A DNA stretch of 64,000 nucleotides from Thecamonas trahens ATCC 50062 (GCF_000142905.1 NW_013657675.1:1-64000); one strand, 5' to 3'; positions 33,964-45,264 are shown, counted from the first letter of the stretch. A program made the numbers and translations. Notes: generated by a model from the letters alone, not told the origin.

Positions 33964-34130
33964 GGAGTGGAGTGTGGCCTTGGCCCGGGCCCCCGCCGGC
34001 CACCGTCGCCGTAGGCGTCGCGGGCCTGGCTGGCCTGGCTGTCGGCGAAGCACACTCGCCCCCAATCGTCCTCGCCTGTTATCCTGATCGCCATCTCGAC
34101 CACCCTCTTCAGTTTGACCGCCCGTATCCC

Positions 34131-34735
34131 TCGCCCTTGCCCCTCGCCACTGATCGCCCTTGCCCCTCACCTCCAATCGCCCTTGCCCCTCGCCACTGAT
34201 TGCCCTTGCCCCTCACCTCCAATCGCCCTTGCCCCTCGCCACTGATCGCCCTTGCCCCTCACCTCCAATCGCCCTTGCCCCTCGCCACTGATTGCCCTTG
34301 CCCCTCACCTCCAATCGCCCTTGCCCCTCGCCACTCCCCGCCCTTGCCCCTCACCACTCATCGCCACCCCGATCGCCACTGGCCGATCTCTTGCCCAAAG
34401 CCCGCTCGCCCTCACCTCCAATCGCCCTTGCCCCTCACCACTCATCGCCCTTGCCCCTCACCTCCAATCGCCCTTGCCCCTCGCCACTGATCGCCCTTGC
34501 CCCTCACCACTCATCGCCCTTGCCCCTCGCCACTGATTGCCCTTGCCCCTCACCTCCAATCGCCACCCCGATCGCCACTGGCCGATCTCTTGCCCAAAGC
34601 CCGCTCGCCCTCACCTCCAATCGCCCTTGCCCCTCGCCACTCCCCGCCCTTGCCCCTCACCACTCATCGCCACCCCGATCGCCAGAGGCCGATCTCTTGC
34701 CCAAAGCCCGCTCGCCCTCACCCTCGTCCCCAATC
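34131..34735. repeat. Higher-order minisatellite: 23-bp units (core cgcccttgcccctc + variable 9-mer) interrupted three times by a ~50-bp cassette
   Basis: Variable 9-mers are gccactgat, acctccaat, accactcat and gccactccc; the cassette cgccaccccgatcgcca(ct/ga)ggccgatctcttgcccaaagcccgctcgccctc occurs at ~34362, ~34561 and ~34668. Confidence 0.92.
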
Positions 34736-34860
34736 GCTCTCTCCTCGGTCACCACTCCCCTTGTCCGTGCTGCCCCAACCCTGAACTGGCGCCACCCTCC
34801 CCCCTCCCCCCCTCTCCACTGCCCAACCACTCCACCCACTGGCAAAGGGTCGAGCGGAGC

Positions 34861-36056
34861 ATGTCCCGGGCAAGGGCAAGGCCAGCAGACGCAGCATGGT
34901 GGAGGCAACGTGCCGAGGCGGCCGAGGCGGCTGTGGCCGAGGCTGAGCGCAGGGCGAGCGAGGCGGAGGCTCGGGTTGGCCATCTCAACGAACTGGTGGC
35001 TCATCTACGACTGGCGCTGAGACGGGAGCGGGCGGCAGCGCAGGTGGTTCGGGCAGAGATGGAGGATCTTCCGCATGAGGACGATTCAGATGTTGAAGCA
35101 AGGCTGGGCACTGTCTTTTACGAGAACTTTCGCCTGCCCATCTCGTCCATCATCGACAGGCTGGAGAAGGAGACCGAGCTTCGCATCAAGATCCAAGGCA
35201 GGCTGGCTCGCCTCCAGGCCTATGTCGAGGCAGCAGGTGGGGATCTTGCTAGCAACGCGGCACCGCTCCTTGCAGGGCCGGACCGGAGTGGCCGGGGTGG
35301 TCCCGCTGCGGTCACCCAGGGCCGCAACCGCTCCATTGAGATCGCCGACACGCCGCCGGCCTCGGTCGCCGACTCGTCGTCGGACTCGTCCGAGTCATCA
35401 AGCTCGGGCGTGCTCCTCCTACCGTCGCCGCCGCAGGCTGCTGTGGCATCGTACATTCCGCGGCTGACACCGGTGGCGTCACCGGCGCCGCGCGCGCCGG
35501 CCATGGCACCGGCGCCGGCGCTCTCGCCTCTGTCGCCGTCGTCGCCGCTCTCTCCGACCCCGCGCTCGCGACCGCCGCCGTCCCCACTCCTCTCACCGGT
35601 TCTCCGCGCGGCGTCGCCAAGCCCACCGCTACCGACGTCGCCGCCACCGCCGCGGCCCGGGCCATCGCCAGCCGACATTGAGTCGATGGTGGAGGACCGT
35701 CTCAAGACCCGTCTTGCAGCCGCCACAGATCGGATCCGTGCGCGGCTCAAGGCCCAGCTCACCGCCACCGTCCAGGCCAGGGTCGAGGCCGAGCTTGCAG
35801 CCTGGGCCGACACTTCCCCCGGCGCAGACGAACGATCTCGCGCTCGGTCCAGACTCCCGGAAGTGGCCTTGCCGACGCGAGCAGAGCCACCGCCGACGCC
35901 GCTGCCGAACGTGCGCTGCGGACCAAGCTTGAGATCCGCAACGCCCGGCTCCACGCCCGGATCGTCGACCTCATGGCCATTTTGCACTTGAGCGATGTGC
36001 CGCGGCCAGGGCCCGGCGCGCCGGCATCACCGTCGTCGCCGCCGCCGCGGTGGTGA
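34861..36056 (+). CDS. Hypothetical coiled-coil / Pro-rich protein; probable frameshift at the C-run ~35816-35820
   Basis: Starts MSRARARPADAAWWRQRAEAAE... with coiled-coil character. A -1 shift gives ...AAERALRTKLEIRNARLHARIVDLM..., echoing the earlier EKETELRIKIQGRLARL, and ends at TGA 36056. Confidence 0.6.
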
Positions 36057-36065
36057 GCGAGGGTG

Positions 36066-38861
36066 TTACTCTGTGACACAACGCTTGCTTAGGGCCGCGT
36101 CGAGCCGCGCCACGCTCAACTGCCACTTTCGCCACGAGACCTGCGACGAGAGCGCGAGCGAGGCCCGCTCTTGACGACGAGCCTCGTAGTAGACAGGGAA
36201 AAAGTCGATGAGCCGCCTCAGCTTGTCCACTCCGGCCGCGTCGAGGCTCGCCAGCGTCGCCGCCAGCTCGCCGTCGCTTAGGTCACACGAGGCGAGGACA
36301 AGCGTGTTGAGGCAGCAGAGGTTGTCCGACGACATGGCATGGATGTCGAGCGCGTCGAGGACCGCACTAAGAAGCGTTGGCTGGAGAGGCGCGACCCATG
36401 CCGCCGCCCGTCCGTCGGTCTTTGACAGCGCAAGAATGTGCCGAACAAAGACGTTCGACGCGACGAGGTCGGTCGCCACCACATCGCGCATGAACTCGCT
36501 TGCACTTGTACGGGCGCGCTTCAGTGCGTCCTCGACCCGTGCCAGCCCGTCGGCGTTGCCATGGACAATAGAGCCGAGAAGATCAAAGGCCGAGAGGGAG
36601 ATCGAGGGAACTCGGGTGAGTTGCACCAGCCGCGCAATGAGCGCTTCCGACGCAAGCGCGTTGACCACCTCGGGCTTGTGGGTGTACCGGAACATGACCT
36701 CGAGCGCGGCGCAAGCCGGCATGACCACGTGTGCGTCGTCGTCGGCGCTAACAATGAGCTCTGCAAGTGTGTGCGGGAGCGGCATGCTGAGGAGCAAGAG
36801 CCGCACTTGCGGACGGGTAACCACGCCGGCGGCGTTGTACAGCGCTCGCAGCGTCTGCGACATGATCGAACAGGGCGCGTGCGACGCGTGGTTGGCATCA
36901 GTCGACCGCAGGAACTGGTGGCGTCCGTCGGGGTCATTGCGCAGGCTCTCGACAAGCTCGGCAAGGACGCTCAGGCCGCCACACTCCATCAGCCGCTCGA
37001 CAAGCGGCGCCTGCCGCGACGACGCCAGAGCGCAGGTGAGCGTGTACAGGATCTCCGACCGCGAGCCCGAGATCGCGAGCACAATGAGCTCGAGCATCGA
37101 AATGACCGGCGGGAAGCGAAGGACTGCACCAAGCATGTTTTGGACCTCTGCAAACGTGGTGGTCTGTAGTGAGCTCGTGCCGGCGACGACTGCTGCCGGC
37201 ACTCTCTCCAGCACCTGCTGCAGACCGCCAAACGTTGACCGGTCTGCCACCCGCGCCATGAGCTGATAGACCATCGGCGTGGGGTTGATCGACGCCAGCA
37301 ACGTCGAGTGGGTGTGAAAGTCAACCGGGATCTTGAGGAGAGCGACGAAGCGCTCCACCAGATTTGGGACGCCGAGCACAAATGCGACATTGTGCGCGAG
37401 CGTGGTCGCCGTCGCCGCATACGCCAGGCTGCTCTGCCGCATCGACGCGGTGCTCAGCCGGGCGGAGAGCGCATCCTCCGGCTCGACGCCAAAACGGATC
37501 GACGGCTTCTCGAGGAGAAAGGCGAGGATGCGCGAGAAGACGGCCAGCCGCCGCGGCGTGAACCCAGCCACAATGCCGGCCAGACCCGGGACCATCGTGA
37601 GGTCGAACAGTGAGCGCCGCATCGAGAGCACATCCTCCAGCAGCGCCACAACCGTCTCGAACAGGACCGGCTCGCCGAGGTTGACAAAGAGCGCCGACAC
37701 AAACTCGTCGTTCTCTGCCATACCCACCAGGATGCCACCGCGGCGGTAGCCAAGCTCCTTGAGGATCGAGGCCGCGGCCAGGACGATGCTCACGTGGCTG
37801 GCGTAGGTCTCGAGAATGGTGGTAGTCGTGAGCGGCGACGGCGGCGACGGCGCCGGCGACGGCGGCGACGACGGCGCGGGCTCGCGAGCGGCGCTCGCCA
37901 TCAGAATCTCAGTAATGAGCCGAAGCGAGAACGAGGCCGGCATTGGCGATGGCAGCGGGCCCGGTTCCTTCAGCTCGGCGCCGTTGAACGCGGCTATGAT
38001 GGCCGGCCAGTCGGCAAGCGGAATTGGGAGGTATGCCAGCCGCGAGATGAGAGCGACTAGGAGCGGAACAATGCGGGTGGTGACCACGGCCTCGGCGACT
38101 TGGTCGTGCTCGCAGTCGGGGCTGCTGGCATGCGGTGAGCTGTTCTCGTTGAGCAGGATGCGGAACTTGTCGAGCGGCACAGCCACAGTGGCCAGCGCCT
38201 GCTGAAAGGTGCCGAGCGCAGCGGCAGGTCCCGCAGACCACACCCTACGCCACTCTTCCAACGACTCCAGCTTTGCCCGGGGCTCGGCTGTCTCGTCCAA
38301 CGACGATGCTCTCCCATCCACGCCATCAACCACCACCAGCGCATCGAGCTCGTCCACCAGCCTGCTGATGACATGCAGCGCGGTCTCGACACCCACCAGC
38401 ACTGGCTCTGATGCCTCTACCGCCGCCAGGGCCACACCATGCACTAGTGATCTCGGCGTGGCTCCTAGCCCCCTCCCACGCGCCACCGCCATCTTTCGCG
38501 CCTTTGCCGAGCTTGTTGCCGCCGTCGGGCGATCGAGACCATCAAAGTCGGTCCCATCACCAGCAGCACCAGTCTCGGGCGCCTCGGGTGTGCCAGACGC
38601 CTCGAGTGTCTCGGAAGCCTCGGAGGTTGCGGGCGTCTCGTGCGCCTCGTGCGCCTCGGGCGCATCGTTGTCGTCGTTGACAAAGTACGAGCCGGACGCA
38701 GCTCTGCTCCCGAACCGTCTGAAGAACCTCACGAGCACCTCCATACGACGCAACAGCATTTCACTTTCCACATCGTTGTGTGCAAAGTCTCTTTCTCTTG
38801 CGCTTGCCGCCATGTCTTCTTCCATACTCTGCCTCCCTAGCGGCCCTCCCCACCGCGACAT
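36066..38861 (-). CDS. TRPC4AP: TRPC4-associated protein (TRUSS) homolog, a CRL4 substrate adaptor
   Basis: C-terminal pattern SAFDLLGSIVHGN, DLVASNVFVR, SSDNLCCLNT, LRRLIDFFPVYY...SLALSSQVSWRKWQLSVARL parallels human TRPC4AP as I recall it (FDLLGELMKFN, LVDSNMLVR, ENVSCLNT). Confidence 0.8.
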   Translation of the reverse strand: MSRWGGPLGRQSMEEDMAASARERDFAHNDVESEMLLRRMEVLVRFFRRFGSRAASGSYFVNDDNDAPEAHEAHETPATSEASETLEASGTPEAPETGAAGDGTDFDGLDRPTAATSSAKARKMAVARGRGLGATPRSLVHGVALAAVEASEPVLVGVETALHVISRLVDELDALVVVDGVDGRASSLDETAEPRAKLESLEEWRRVWSAGPAAALGTFQQALATVAVPLDKFRILLNENSSPHASSPDCEHDQVAEAVVTTRIVPLLVALISRLAYLPIPLADWPAIIAAFNGAELKEPGPLPSPMPASFSLRLITEILMASAAREPAPSSPPSPAPSPPSPLTTTTILETYASHVSIVLAAASILKELGYRRGGILVGMAENDEFVSALFVNLGEPVLFETVVALLEDVLSMRRSLFDLTMVPGLAGIVAGFTPRRLAVFSRILAFLLEKPSIRFGVEPEDALSARLSTASMRQSSLAYAATATTLAHNVAFVLGVPNLVERFVALLKIPVDFHTHSTLLASINPTPMVYQLMARVADRSTFGGLQQVLERVPAAVVAGTSSLQTTTFAEVQNMLGAVLRFPPVISMLELIVLAISGSRSEILYTLTCALASSRQAPLVERLMECGGLSVLAELVESLRNDPDGRHQFLRSTDANHASHAPCSIMSQTLRALYNAAGVVTRPQVRLLLLSMPLPHTLAELIVSADDDAHVVMPACAALEVMFRYTHKPEVVNALASEALIARLVQLTRVPSISLSAFDLLGSIVHGNADGLARVEDALKRARTSASEFMRDVVATDLVASNVFVRHILALSKTDGRAAAWVAPLQPTLLSAVLDALDIHAMSSDNLCCLNTLVLASCDLSDGELAATLASLDAAGVDKLRRLIDFFPVYYEARRQERASLALSSQVSWRKWQLSVARLDAALSKRCVTE

Positions 38862-38918
38862 GGTTGCGAGTCAAATGTGAGTGTGAGGACGGCTAGTTGG
38901 CCGCCATTCGCTGAGCAT

Positions 38919-39119
38919 ATCGATTATTTGTTGTATGGAGTAATCGTTGGACGGGCGGGCGGGGGAGAGGATGTCATCGATTATTTGTTGTGTGAACTAA
39001 TTGTTGGACGGGCGGGCGGGGGAGAGGATGTCATCGATTATTTGTTGTGTGAACTAATTGTTGGACGGGCGGGCGGGGGAGAGGATGTCATCGATTATGT
39101 GTTGTGTGAACTAATCGTT
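38919..39119. repeat. 57-bp tandem repeat (~3.5 copies) filling the TRPC4AP / biotin-ligase bidirectional promoter interval
   Basis: atcgatta recurs at 38919, 38976, 39033 and 39090. Confidence 0.95.
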
Positions 39120-39146
39120 CAAGTCCGCTCACATCACTCACACAAC

Positions 39147-40226
39147 ATGGCAGCCGCAGCAACGCGCACAGGAGTACGCGACGTGCTGAGCTTGTACGCA
39201 GCAAGTGCAACATGTCGGACGGCGGCGTGGGAGGCGCTCAAGGGCGCCGCGGCCAAGTCGGCGGCCGTGGTGGCAATCGACGAGTCGGCGGACGGAGAGG
39301 CTCAGGCAGAGAGCGGCGATGACGCCGTGGTAGAGCTGCGGCTGGGCGATGAGGCTGATGGTGGCGTGGCGGGAGTGGAAGAAGACGGGACAAGCGAGGG
39401 TGCGGTGGACGATGGCCCGTTTGAGCCGCACATGTACCTGGCGGCGCTCGAGACCAAGCACATCGGGCGAGCGATGCTGTACGCCGGCGAGGTGACGTCG
39501 ACGCAGACGCTGCTGCACAAGCATCTGGGCCGGGTCCGGGTGCCTGGCGCGGGGCTCATTGCCACCGCCGACGTGCAGAACGCCGGCCGTGGGCGGCGGA
39601 CAAACACCTGGGACTCTCCGGTCGGATGTCTAATGTTCTCGGTCCAGCTCGAGGCCAAGCGCGGCGAGGTACTTGTCTTTCTGCAGTACCTGCTCTCCCT
39701 CGCCGTCCTCCGCGGCGTCAAGTTGGCTGCGCCTCAAGTCGAGGGCCTGCGGCTCAAGTGGCCGAACGATATCTACGCCATCCCGCCCGGCGCCGACGAG
39801 CCGGTCAAGGTCGGCGGTGTCATCTGTGAGTCGGTCTACTCTGACGGCAAGTTCAACATCACCGCAGGCATCGGCGTCAACGTCAACAACGCACAGCCGA
39901 CGGTCTCACTCGCTCAGCTGGCGCCGGCCCCGACCCGCATCCGCCGCGAGGCCGTTCTGGCCGCCACGCTCAACGAGCTCGAGGCCGCGCTGGCCGTCTT
40001 TGAATCGGAAGGCTTTGCTCCGTTCGAGGCCGAGTACCTTGACGCCTGGCTCCACACCGGCCAGCAGGTCCGGGTCGACTCGCTCATTGCGCCGGTGACC
40101 GTCGTTGGCCTCACCGACTCGGGCTACCTCAAGGCCGAGGACCCAGCAACCGGGACCGCCTACGAGCTGCAGCCCGACGGCAACCGCTTCGACTTTTTCC
40201 AGGGCCTCATCTCCTCTGCACTGTAA
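39147..40226 (+). CDS. HLCS: Biotin-protein ligase / holocarboxylase synthetase
   Basis: VTSTQ, QNAGRGRRTNTWDSPVGCLMFS, LKWPNDIY, KVGGVICE, GIGVNV, LQPDGNRFDFFQGLI. Confidence 0.93.
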   Translation: MAAAATRTGVRDVLSLYAASATCRTAAWEALKGAAAKSAAVVAIDESADGEAQAESGDDAVVELRLGDEADGGVAGVEEDGTSEGAVDDGPFEPHMYLAALETKHIGRAMLYAGEVTSTQTLLHKHLGRVRVPGAGLIATADVQNAGRGRRTNTWDSPVGCLMFSVQLEAKRGEVLVFLQYLLSLAVLRGVKLAAPQVEGLRLKWPNDIYAIPPGADEPVKVGGVICESVYSDGKFNITAGIGVNVNNAQPTVSLAQLAPAPTRIRREAVLAATLNELEAALAVFESEGFAPFEAEYLDAWLHTGQQVRVDSLIAPVTVVGLTDSGYLKAEDPATGTAYELQPDGNRFDFFQGLISSAL

Positions 40227-40267
40227 ACGTCGTGTGGGTTAATCTGTGCGTTTGTGTGCTGAAGGTT

Positions 40268-40987
40268 CTAGCAGCTGCGGGCAGGCCGCGGCGAGAGCTC
40301 GGACGTAGCGTCGACTACAAGCATGGCAGCGGGTGCGGCGAGATCCGCAAACGGCGTCGTTGGCTCGACGCCGCCGAGCGGAGACGAGACCGGCGCTGCC
40401 GCCGCAGCTGCGGCGGTTGCCGGCGGAATGACCACCCGCGGACCGCTTCGCCGCCTCGCCGACAAAAGGCGCGGCCGTTTGGATGGCGTGCGTAAGGTGG
40501 CGATGCTGGGAGTCTCGACCGCGGGCTCGCGCTTGCGCTTCCGCTGCAGCTCTGCCACCAGCCGAACGTTCTTGTCGGCGAGCGCAGAGGCATGGGTCGA
40601 CGCCGCCATGGCGTGGCGGACGAGGTTCTGGTTCGCCGCCACAAGCTGCGCATTGGCTGCTTCGAGGTCGGCGATGATCGACGTTGCCGATGAGAGTTTG
40701 CGCAGGAGCTCGACAATCTGCGACTGCGATGCTGTCCGTGCAAAGGCAAGGACTCGCTCTTGAACAAGCGCACGCGACGGCGGTGCGCGGCACTGATTCG
40801 ATGTGCTGGAGCCTTGAAGCGCAGGCGACAGGCCGTCGACATCGGCGTCGGCGTCGGTGTCATCAGCGTCGCCTGCGGCCGGCATGGCCGCGGCTGGCAG
40901 AAGGCCGATGGTCGGTGAGGCCGACCGCTCGCGTGCGCGCGGCATCGGGCGCTCGTGGCCGCTGACAAGCGGGTGCTCGAGAGCCAT
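40268..40987 (-). CDS. Hypothetical coiled-coil protein with basic NLS-like motifs
   Basis: Heptad segment IIADLEAANAQLVAANQNLV, RKRKR and KRPR; convergent with the biotin ligase. Confidence 0.55.
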   Translation of the reverse strand: MALEHPLVSGHERPMPRARERSASPTIGLLPAAAMPAAGDADDTDADADVDGLSPALQGSSTSNQCRAPPSRALVQERVLAFARTASQSQIVELLRKLSSATSIIADLEAANAQLVAANQNLVRHAMAASTHASALADKNVRLVAELQRKRKREPAVETPSIATLRTPSKRPRLLSARRRSGPRVVIPPATAAAAAAAPVSSPLGGVEPTTPFADLAAPAAMLVVDATSELSPRPARSC

Positions 40988-42495
40988 GGTAGAAGTGACC
41001 TAGTCTAGTGTGGTCCGTAGACTCCTCCAATTGTCCTGGTTGTCGTAGTGGTAGTAAAGGGATCAGCAGCAGCAAGAACAGCGTTCTTCTCCAGTTCAGC
41101 AAAACTCACCAATGACGCGATCGGGTCACGAGACGAGCAAGCGGGCTTGTAGACGGGGGTGTTGGAGATAATCGAGCTAGCCACAATATCCATACGAAGC
41201 AGCGCAAGTCGTTGGGCCTGAATGGTCTTGAAGCGGGAGCAAGAGTGCGTGGAAGTAAAAGGCGTAGTAGTCAGCGAGTGTCAACGAGAAGACAGTGGCT
41301 CGGGACAATCGGATTGACTCTACAGATGGGATCAATGAGACGGGACGATGATCAGATGTTCGTGTCGCTCAATTCGGATTCGAAGCACCGTGTGTGCCTA
41401 CATTCCAGCACCCACCACCACCATCATCACCACCACCACCCATTCCCAGAGCCACCACACACATGACCAATACCACAATACACACCCCACCCTGCCCTGT
41501 GAGTCTCTCACCCTGGTATCCATCCATGCTCCCAAACAAGCTGGTTTGGTCAACCGCTCCCGGCTTCCAAAACGTTCTGATAGCGCGACACGGGCGGCCA
41601 ATGGGCGGCGGGCAGAGGGAGGGGGGGGGCGCCATGCGGAAGAGTGGTGGGGAAGGGTGATACGTACAGAGAAAACGATTCAAAGTAAAGAAGACGGAAA
41701 GAGTGCAAGCAGCAGCAGGAAAGAGTGCAGTGCAGGTGTGTAGCGGGTAGAAGTCTTGGTCTGACGGAGTGTGTTGATCAGATCAGGTGGTTTCACGGGA
41801 GTGAGGTATGGGGTGGGGTGGAGGCGTCCATTCGACGGCGAATCGGACGCCGTTTTAAGGCCACTTCCATTCGAACCTTCGATGCGCGTGACCTGGCAGA
41901 CGTGGTGGAGCATGGCCTCCCGAACAATTTCGAGCGAAAGCCGGTGGAAGAAGAACGGGCCAGCGACGACGATCAAGGGCTTGAAGGTTGATGGGCATGC
42001 AGGCGGAGGACATGATATGATTGCTCGCATCACACCGCCAGCTGCTGCCATGAGATCGTCCAGGATCTAGGCCGAGGTTGGCTCGGCGCGGACGCCGCGC
42101 AACAGAAGAGAGGACTCGACCACATACGCGCCCACAAACGCAGTACACGACGAACACTCACTGTACACTGCACCTGTCGGCCCCCAGAATGTCCTTGACA
42201 CCGCTCAATCCCGATCCCGACCAGGCCGATCCCAATCCCGATCCAAACACCAATCCAATCCGATCCAAACACATCTCGGTCCCGATCCCGACCCTGACCC
42301 GAATCTCCCAATCCCGTTACCCCCCCCCCCCCCCCCCCCCCCTTTCCCCCTCCCAAATTTTTATCCCCTTTCCATCCCCTCTTCCCCCCATCCCCTTACC
42401 CCCCAAAAACAAACCCCCACCCAAACCCCGTTCCAAAAGGGAAAGTTGTTTTCAATTGGCCCACATGTGGATGTTGGGGGCCCCCTTTCTGATCT

Positions 42496-42595
42496 NNNNN
42501 NNNNNNNNNNNNNNNNNNNNNNNNNNNNNNNNNNNNNNNNNNNNNNNNNNNNNNNNNNNNNNNNNNNNNNNNNNNNNNNNNNNNNNNNNNNNNNN
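42496..42595. other. Assembly gap (100 N, size probably unknown)
   Basis: N run. Confidence 1.
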
Positions 42596-42785
42596 TCCCC
42601 CACTTCCTATCCCCTTCTCATCCCCTCATCCCCTCATCCCCTCATCCCCTCATAACCAACCCCATCCCAACCCCATTCCCAATCGCAAACGTTCTTTCAA
42701 TCGTCACACACTCGATTGTCAGGCACCCTTCCCCCCCTCCCCTCCCCCCCGTACCCACCCACCACACTTGACCCAAGTGCACACC

Positions 42786-45097
42786 ATGTCGTCCTGCTCC
42801 TCAGGCTCATACACTGACTCTTCCCCAAATTCATCCCTACTGGACGCTCTGGAGGCAGTCGTGGCCGAGGCTGAGCTCCTTCGCCACCGCGACTGCGACT
42901 CAGACTCTTGTGGCAGCAGCAGCAGCGGGCTGGGCTTCCATGGCGGGGCGATGGGGAACGGGATCCTGTTCGAGTGGCGCCATCCGACAACCTTTGAATG
43001 GACGCCGTATCCGCATGCGGTGCAGGTTATGCTGCAGAAACAGAACGCTCTCTCTAGCGATGGCCGAGTCATTCTGGTCCTCCCGCGCGGAGAGGTCATT
43101 GTCGATCTGCAGAAGATGACCGAGTACAATGCGCGGACCAAGGGCGTGCTTCGCATCCGTGCTGTTCAGGCCCTCTACGACTCGATTCCGTGTGCGGAGA
43201 TGACTGAGGCGAAATGCGATCGCGGGCGGGCAAGCTACTGGGCCTCCGCCCACGATCGCCGCCAGCGCCGAGCGGAAGCCGTCGCTGCGCTGGCAGGCGG
43301 CATCGGCTCGAATCCGCCCACCCTTTCAACACCTGCGGTTCCAAAAGCGCTCGATGAGGACTCGGACGTGTGCAGTAGTGGTCACGGAAGCGGGAACGGA
43401 AGCGGGCACGGAGGCGGGCCCGCGAGCAGCGGCAGTTTCAGCAACCAGTCTACTCGTCGGCAGCTCCGCACGACACCCAAGACGAGCTCCAAGTCGCGCG
43501 GTGGGCGTGGTGGGCGTGGTGGGCGTGGTGGGCGTGGTGGGCGTGGTGGGCGTGGTGGGCGTGGTGGGCGTGGCGGCGGAGCGACGAAGAGACGCAGCAA
43601 TAGAAAGACCAAGAAGGGGCCCGCGAGGCCCAGCAACGCGAACCCAAGATCCAACAAGGGCTTGGGAAGCTCGCCCGGGGAGGCCGCGCCGGTGCCAATC
43701 GCCCACCGCACGCGTCGAATCGTTCCAGCTCGTCATCCAATGGTGCGCCGCGCAACATGTCGTGGACGCTTGACCCGTTCACATCCGCGCGCTCGTGCAT
43801 GGTACATCCACCCAACACCAGCGCTGCTCCGGTTGGAGGAGAGCTGCTTGGACCACCGGCGCTGGCAGTAGCACCGCCGCCGTCGTCGGCGGCTTCGGCA
43901 TCAGCTGCTGCGCCTGCTGTGCGCTACGAGTGGCTTGATGACTCGGGGTGGAAGCCGTACTCACCTGAGCTCGCGGCACGTCTGGCGGCAGCCGAGCAGG
44001 CTGGAACCACAGCCAGCTTCAAGTTTGGCCGATCGCGGTACACGATCGACGTTGGTGCCGGGACTCAAACTAACGATGCTACCGGCTTTGTGCGACAGGT
44101 CCGACGGGTCGATGGCTCAGCCCAGACCTCACCCGACGCTGCGGCCGGAGCCGGCTACGAGTGGCGCGACGACTCGGGGTGGAAGCCGTACTCGCCAAAG
44201 CTGGCGGCGCGGCTGGCGGCAGCCAAGCAGGCCGGAACCACCGTCAGCTTCAGCTTTGGACGGTCGCGGTACACGGTCGACGTGGCCGCCGGGACCCAGA
44301 CCAATGATGCCACTGGCTTTGTGCGCCAGGTCCGGCGGAGCAAGTCTGCCGGCGGAAGCAGTGGCTACAGCGCTCAACCGTCGTCGGAGCCGTCGTCGTT
44401 TGACATCTTTGATCTAAGCAACTCGGCGCGGTACGAGCACGATCTGGTGTTTGAGGTGCGCGATGAGCATGGCGCAACCCAAGGATCGGACGCAGAGGCG
44501 CTCGTGGCGCAGACGACGGCCGAAGGACGTGGAACGAGCTCGACTGAGACCCGATGCTGCATCTGCCTCGACGACTTTGACGCTACGGCGATCCACTTTG
44601 TAGCGTGCGGGCATCCGTTCCACAAGGCGTGCCTGGTGGCGGCGATGGCTGTCACGCCCAAGTGCCCGCTCTGTACCAAGGCGTACGACACGCTCATCGG
44701 CCCGCAGCCACCTGGCACCCTCAGGGTTTCTCTCTCGCCGCCAGGCCGCGCCTCGGTTGCAGGCTACCCTGGTGCCGGCATGGTCCGCCTCGACTACTCG
44801 CTGCCGTCGGGCAAGGCAGCAGATGGGACCCAGTTCTCGGGCACCTCGCGGACCGGCTACCTGCCCGAGACCCCCGAAGGTCTTGAGGTCCTTTGCCTCC
44901 TCATCCGTGCCTTTCTCAACCGGCAGATGTTCCGCGTCGGAACGTCAATCACCACCGGCCGCTCCAATCAGGTAGTGTGGAACGGCATTCACGCCAAGAC
45001 CACCCTCGGTGGCGGCCCGCACGGCTTTCCTGACCCAACCTACTTTGATCGCGTCAAGGCCGAGCTTGCCAGCTTTGACATCCTCCCGTTCTCGTAA
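42786..45097 (+). CDS. Deltex-family E3 ligase: WWE + RGG repeat + 2xWWE + RING-H2 + DTC; probable frameshift ~43660 joins the two ORFs
   Basis: WWE1 FEWRHP..WTPYP...VDLQKMTEYN; WWE2/3 YEWxDDSGWKPYS...YTxDV...QTNDATGFVRQVRR; RING CCICLDD..CGHPFHKAC..KCPLC; DTC GPQPPG, SRTGYLP, FRVGTSITTG, VVWNGIHAKT, HGFPDPTY. Confidence 0.88.
43497..43578 (+). repeat. 9-bp coding repeat (cgtggtggg)n = (RGG)n
   Basis: Directly visible. Confidence 0.9.
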
Positions 45098-45264
45098 AAG
45101 CCCACCCTTCCAGTCGCCAATCCACATCTTGTCTGGCCGCAGAGTCCCACGCCAAGCCATCTTCATGGCTCATCGCTCGGCGCCGGACCCAAGGTGTTGG
45201 ACAGAGGCTCGTCAAAGTCGCGCCCAGACGACCCCACCCCACTCCCCGCCACCCCATCCCCGCC

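Noticed and set aside
34131-34735. CRISPR-like repeat-spacer appearance
   Set aside because: Spacers are only 9 nt and recur as four variants; eukaryotic context and no cas genes.
38877-39146. N-terminal repeat extension (VIDYLLCELIVGRAGGGED) on the biotin ligase
   Set aside because: Begins at a non-ATG codon and is simply the translated 57-bp array; ATG 39147 has the usual CA-rich context.
42345-42730. Apparent diverged duplication on either side of the 100-N gap
   Set aside because: 42345-42495 reads as a garbled version of 42596-42730 following a long poly-C run; most likely a low-quality read end and contig overlap.
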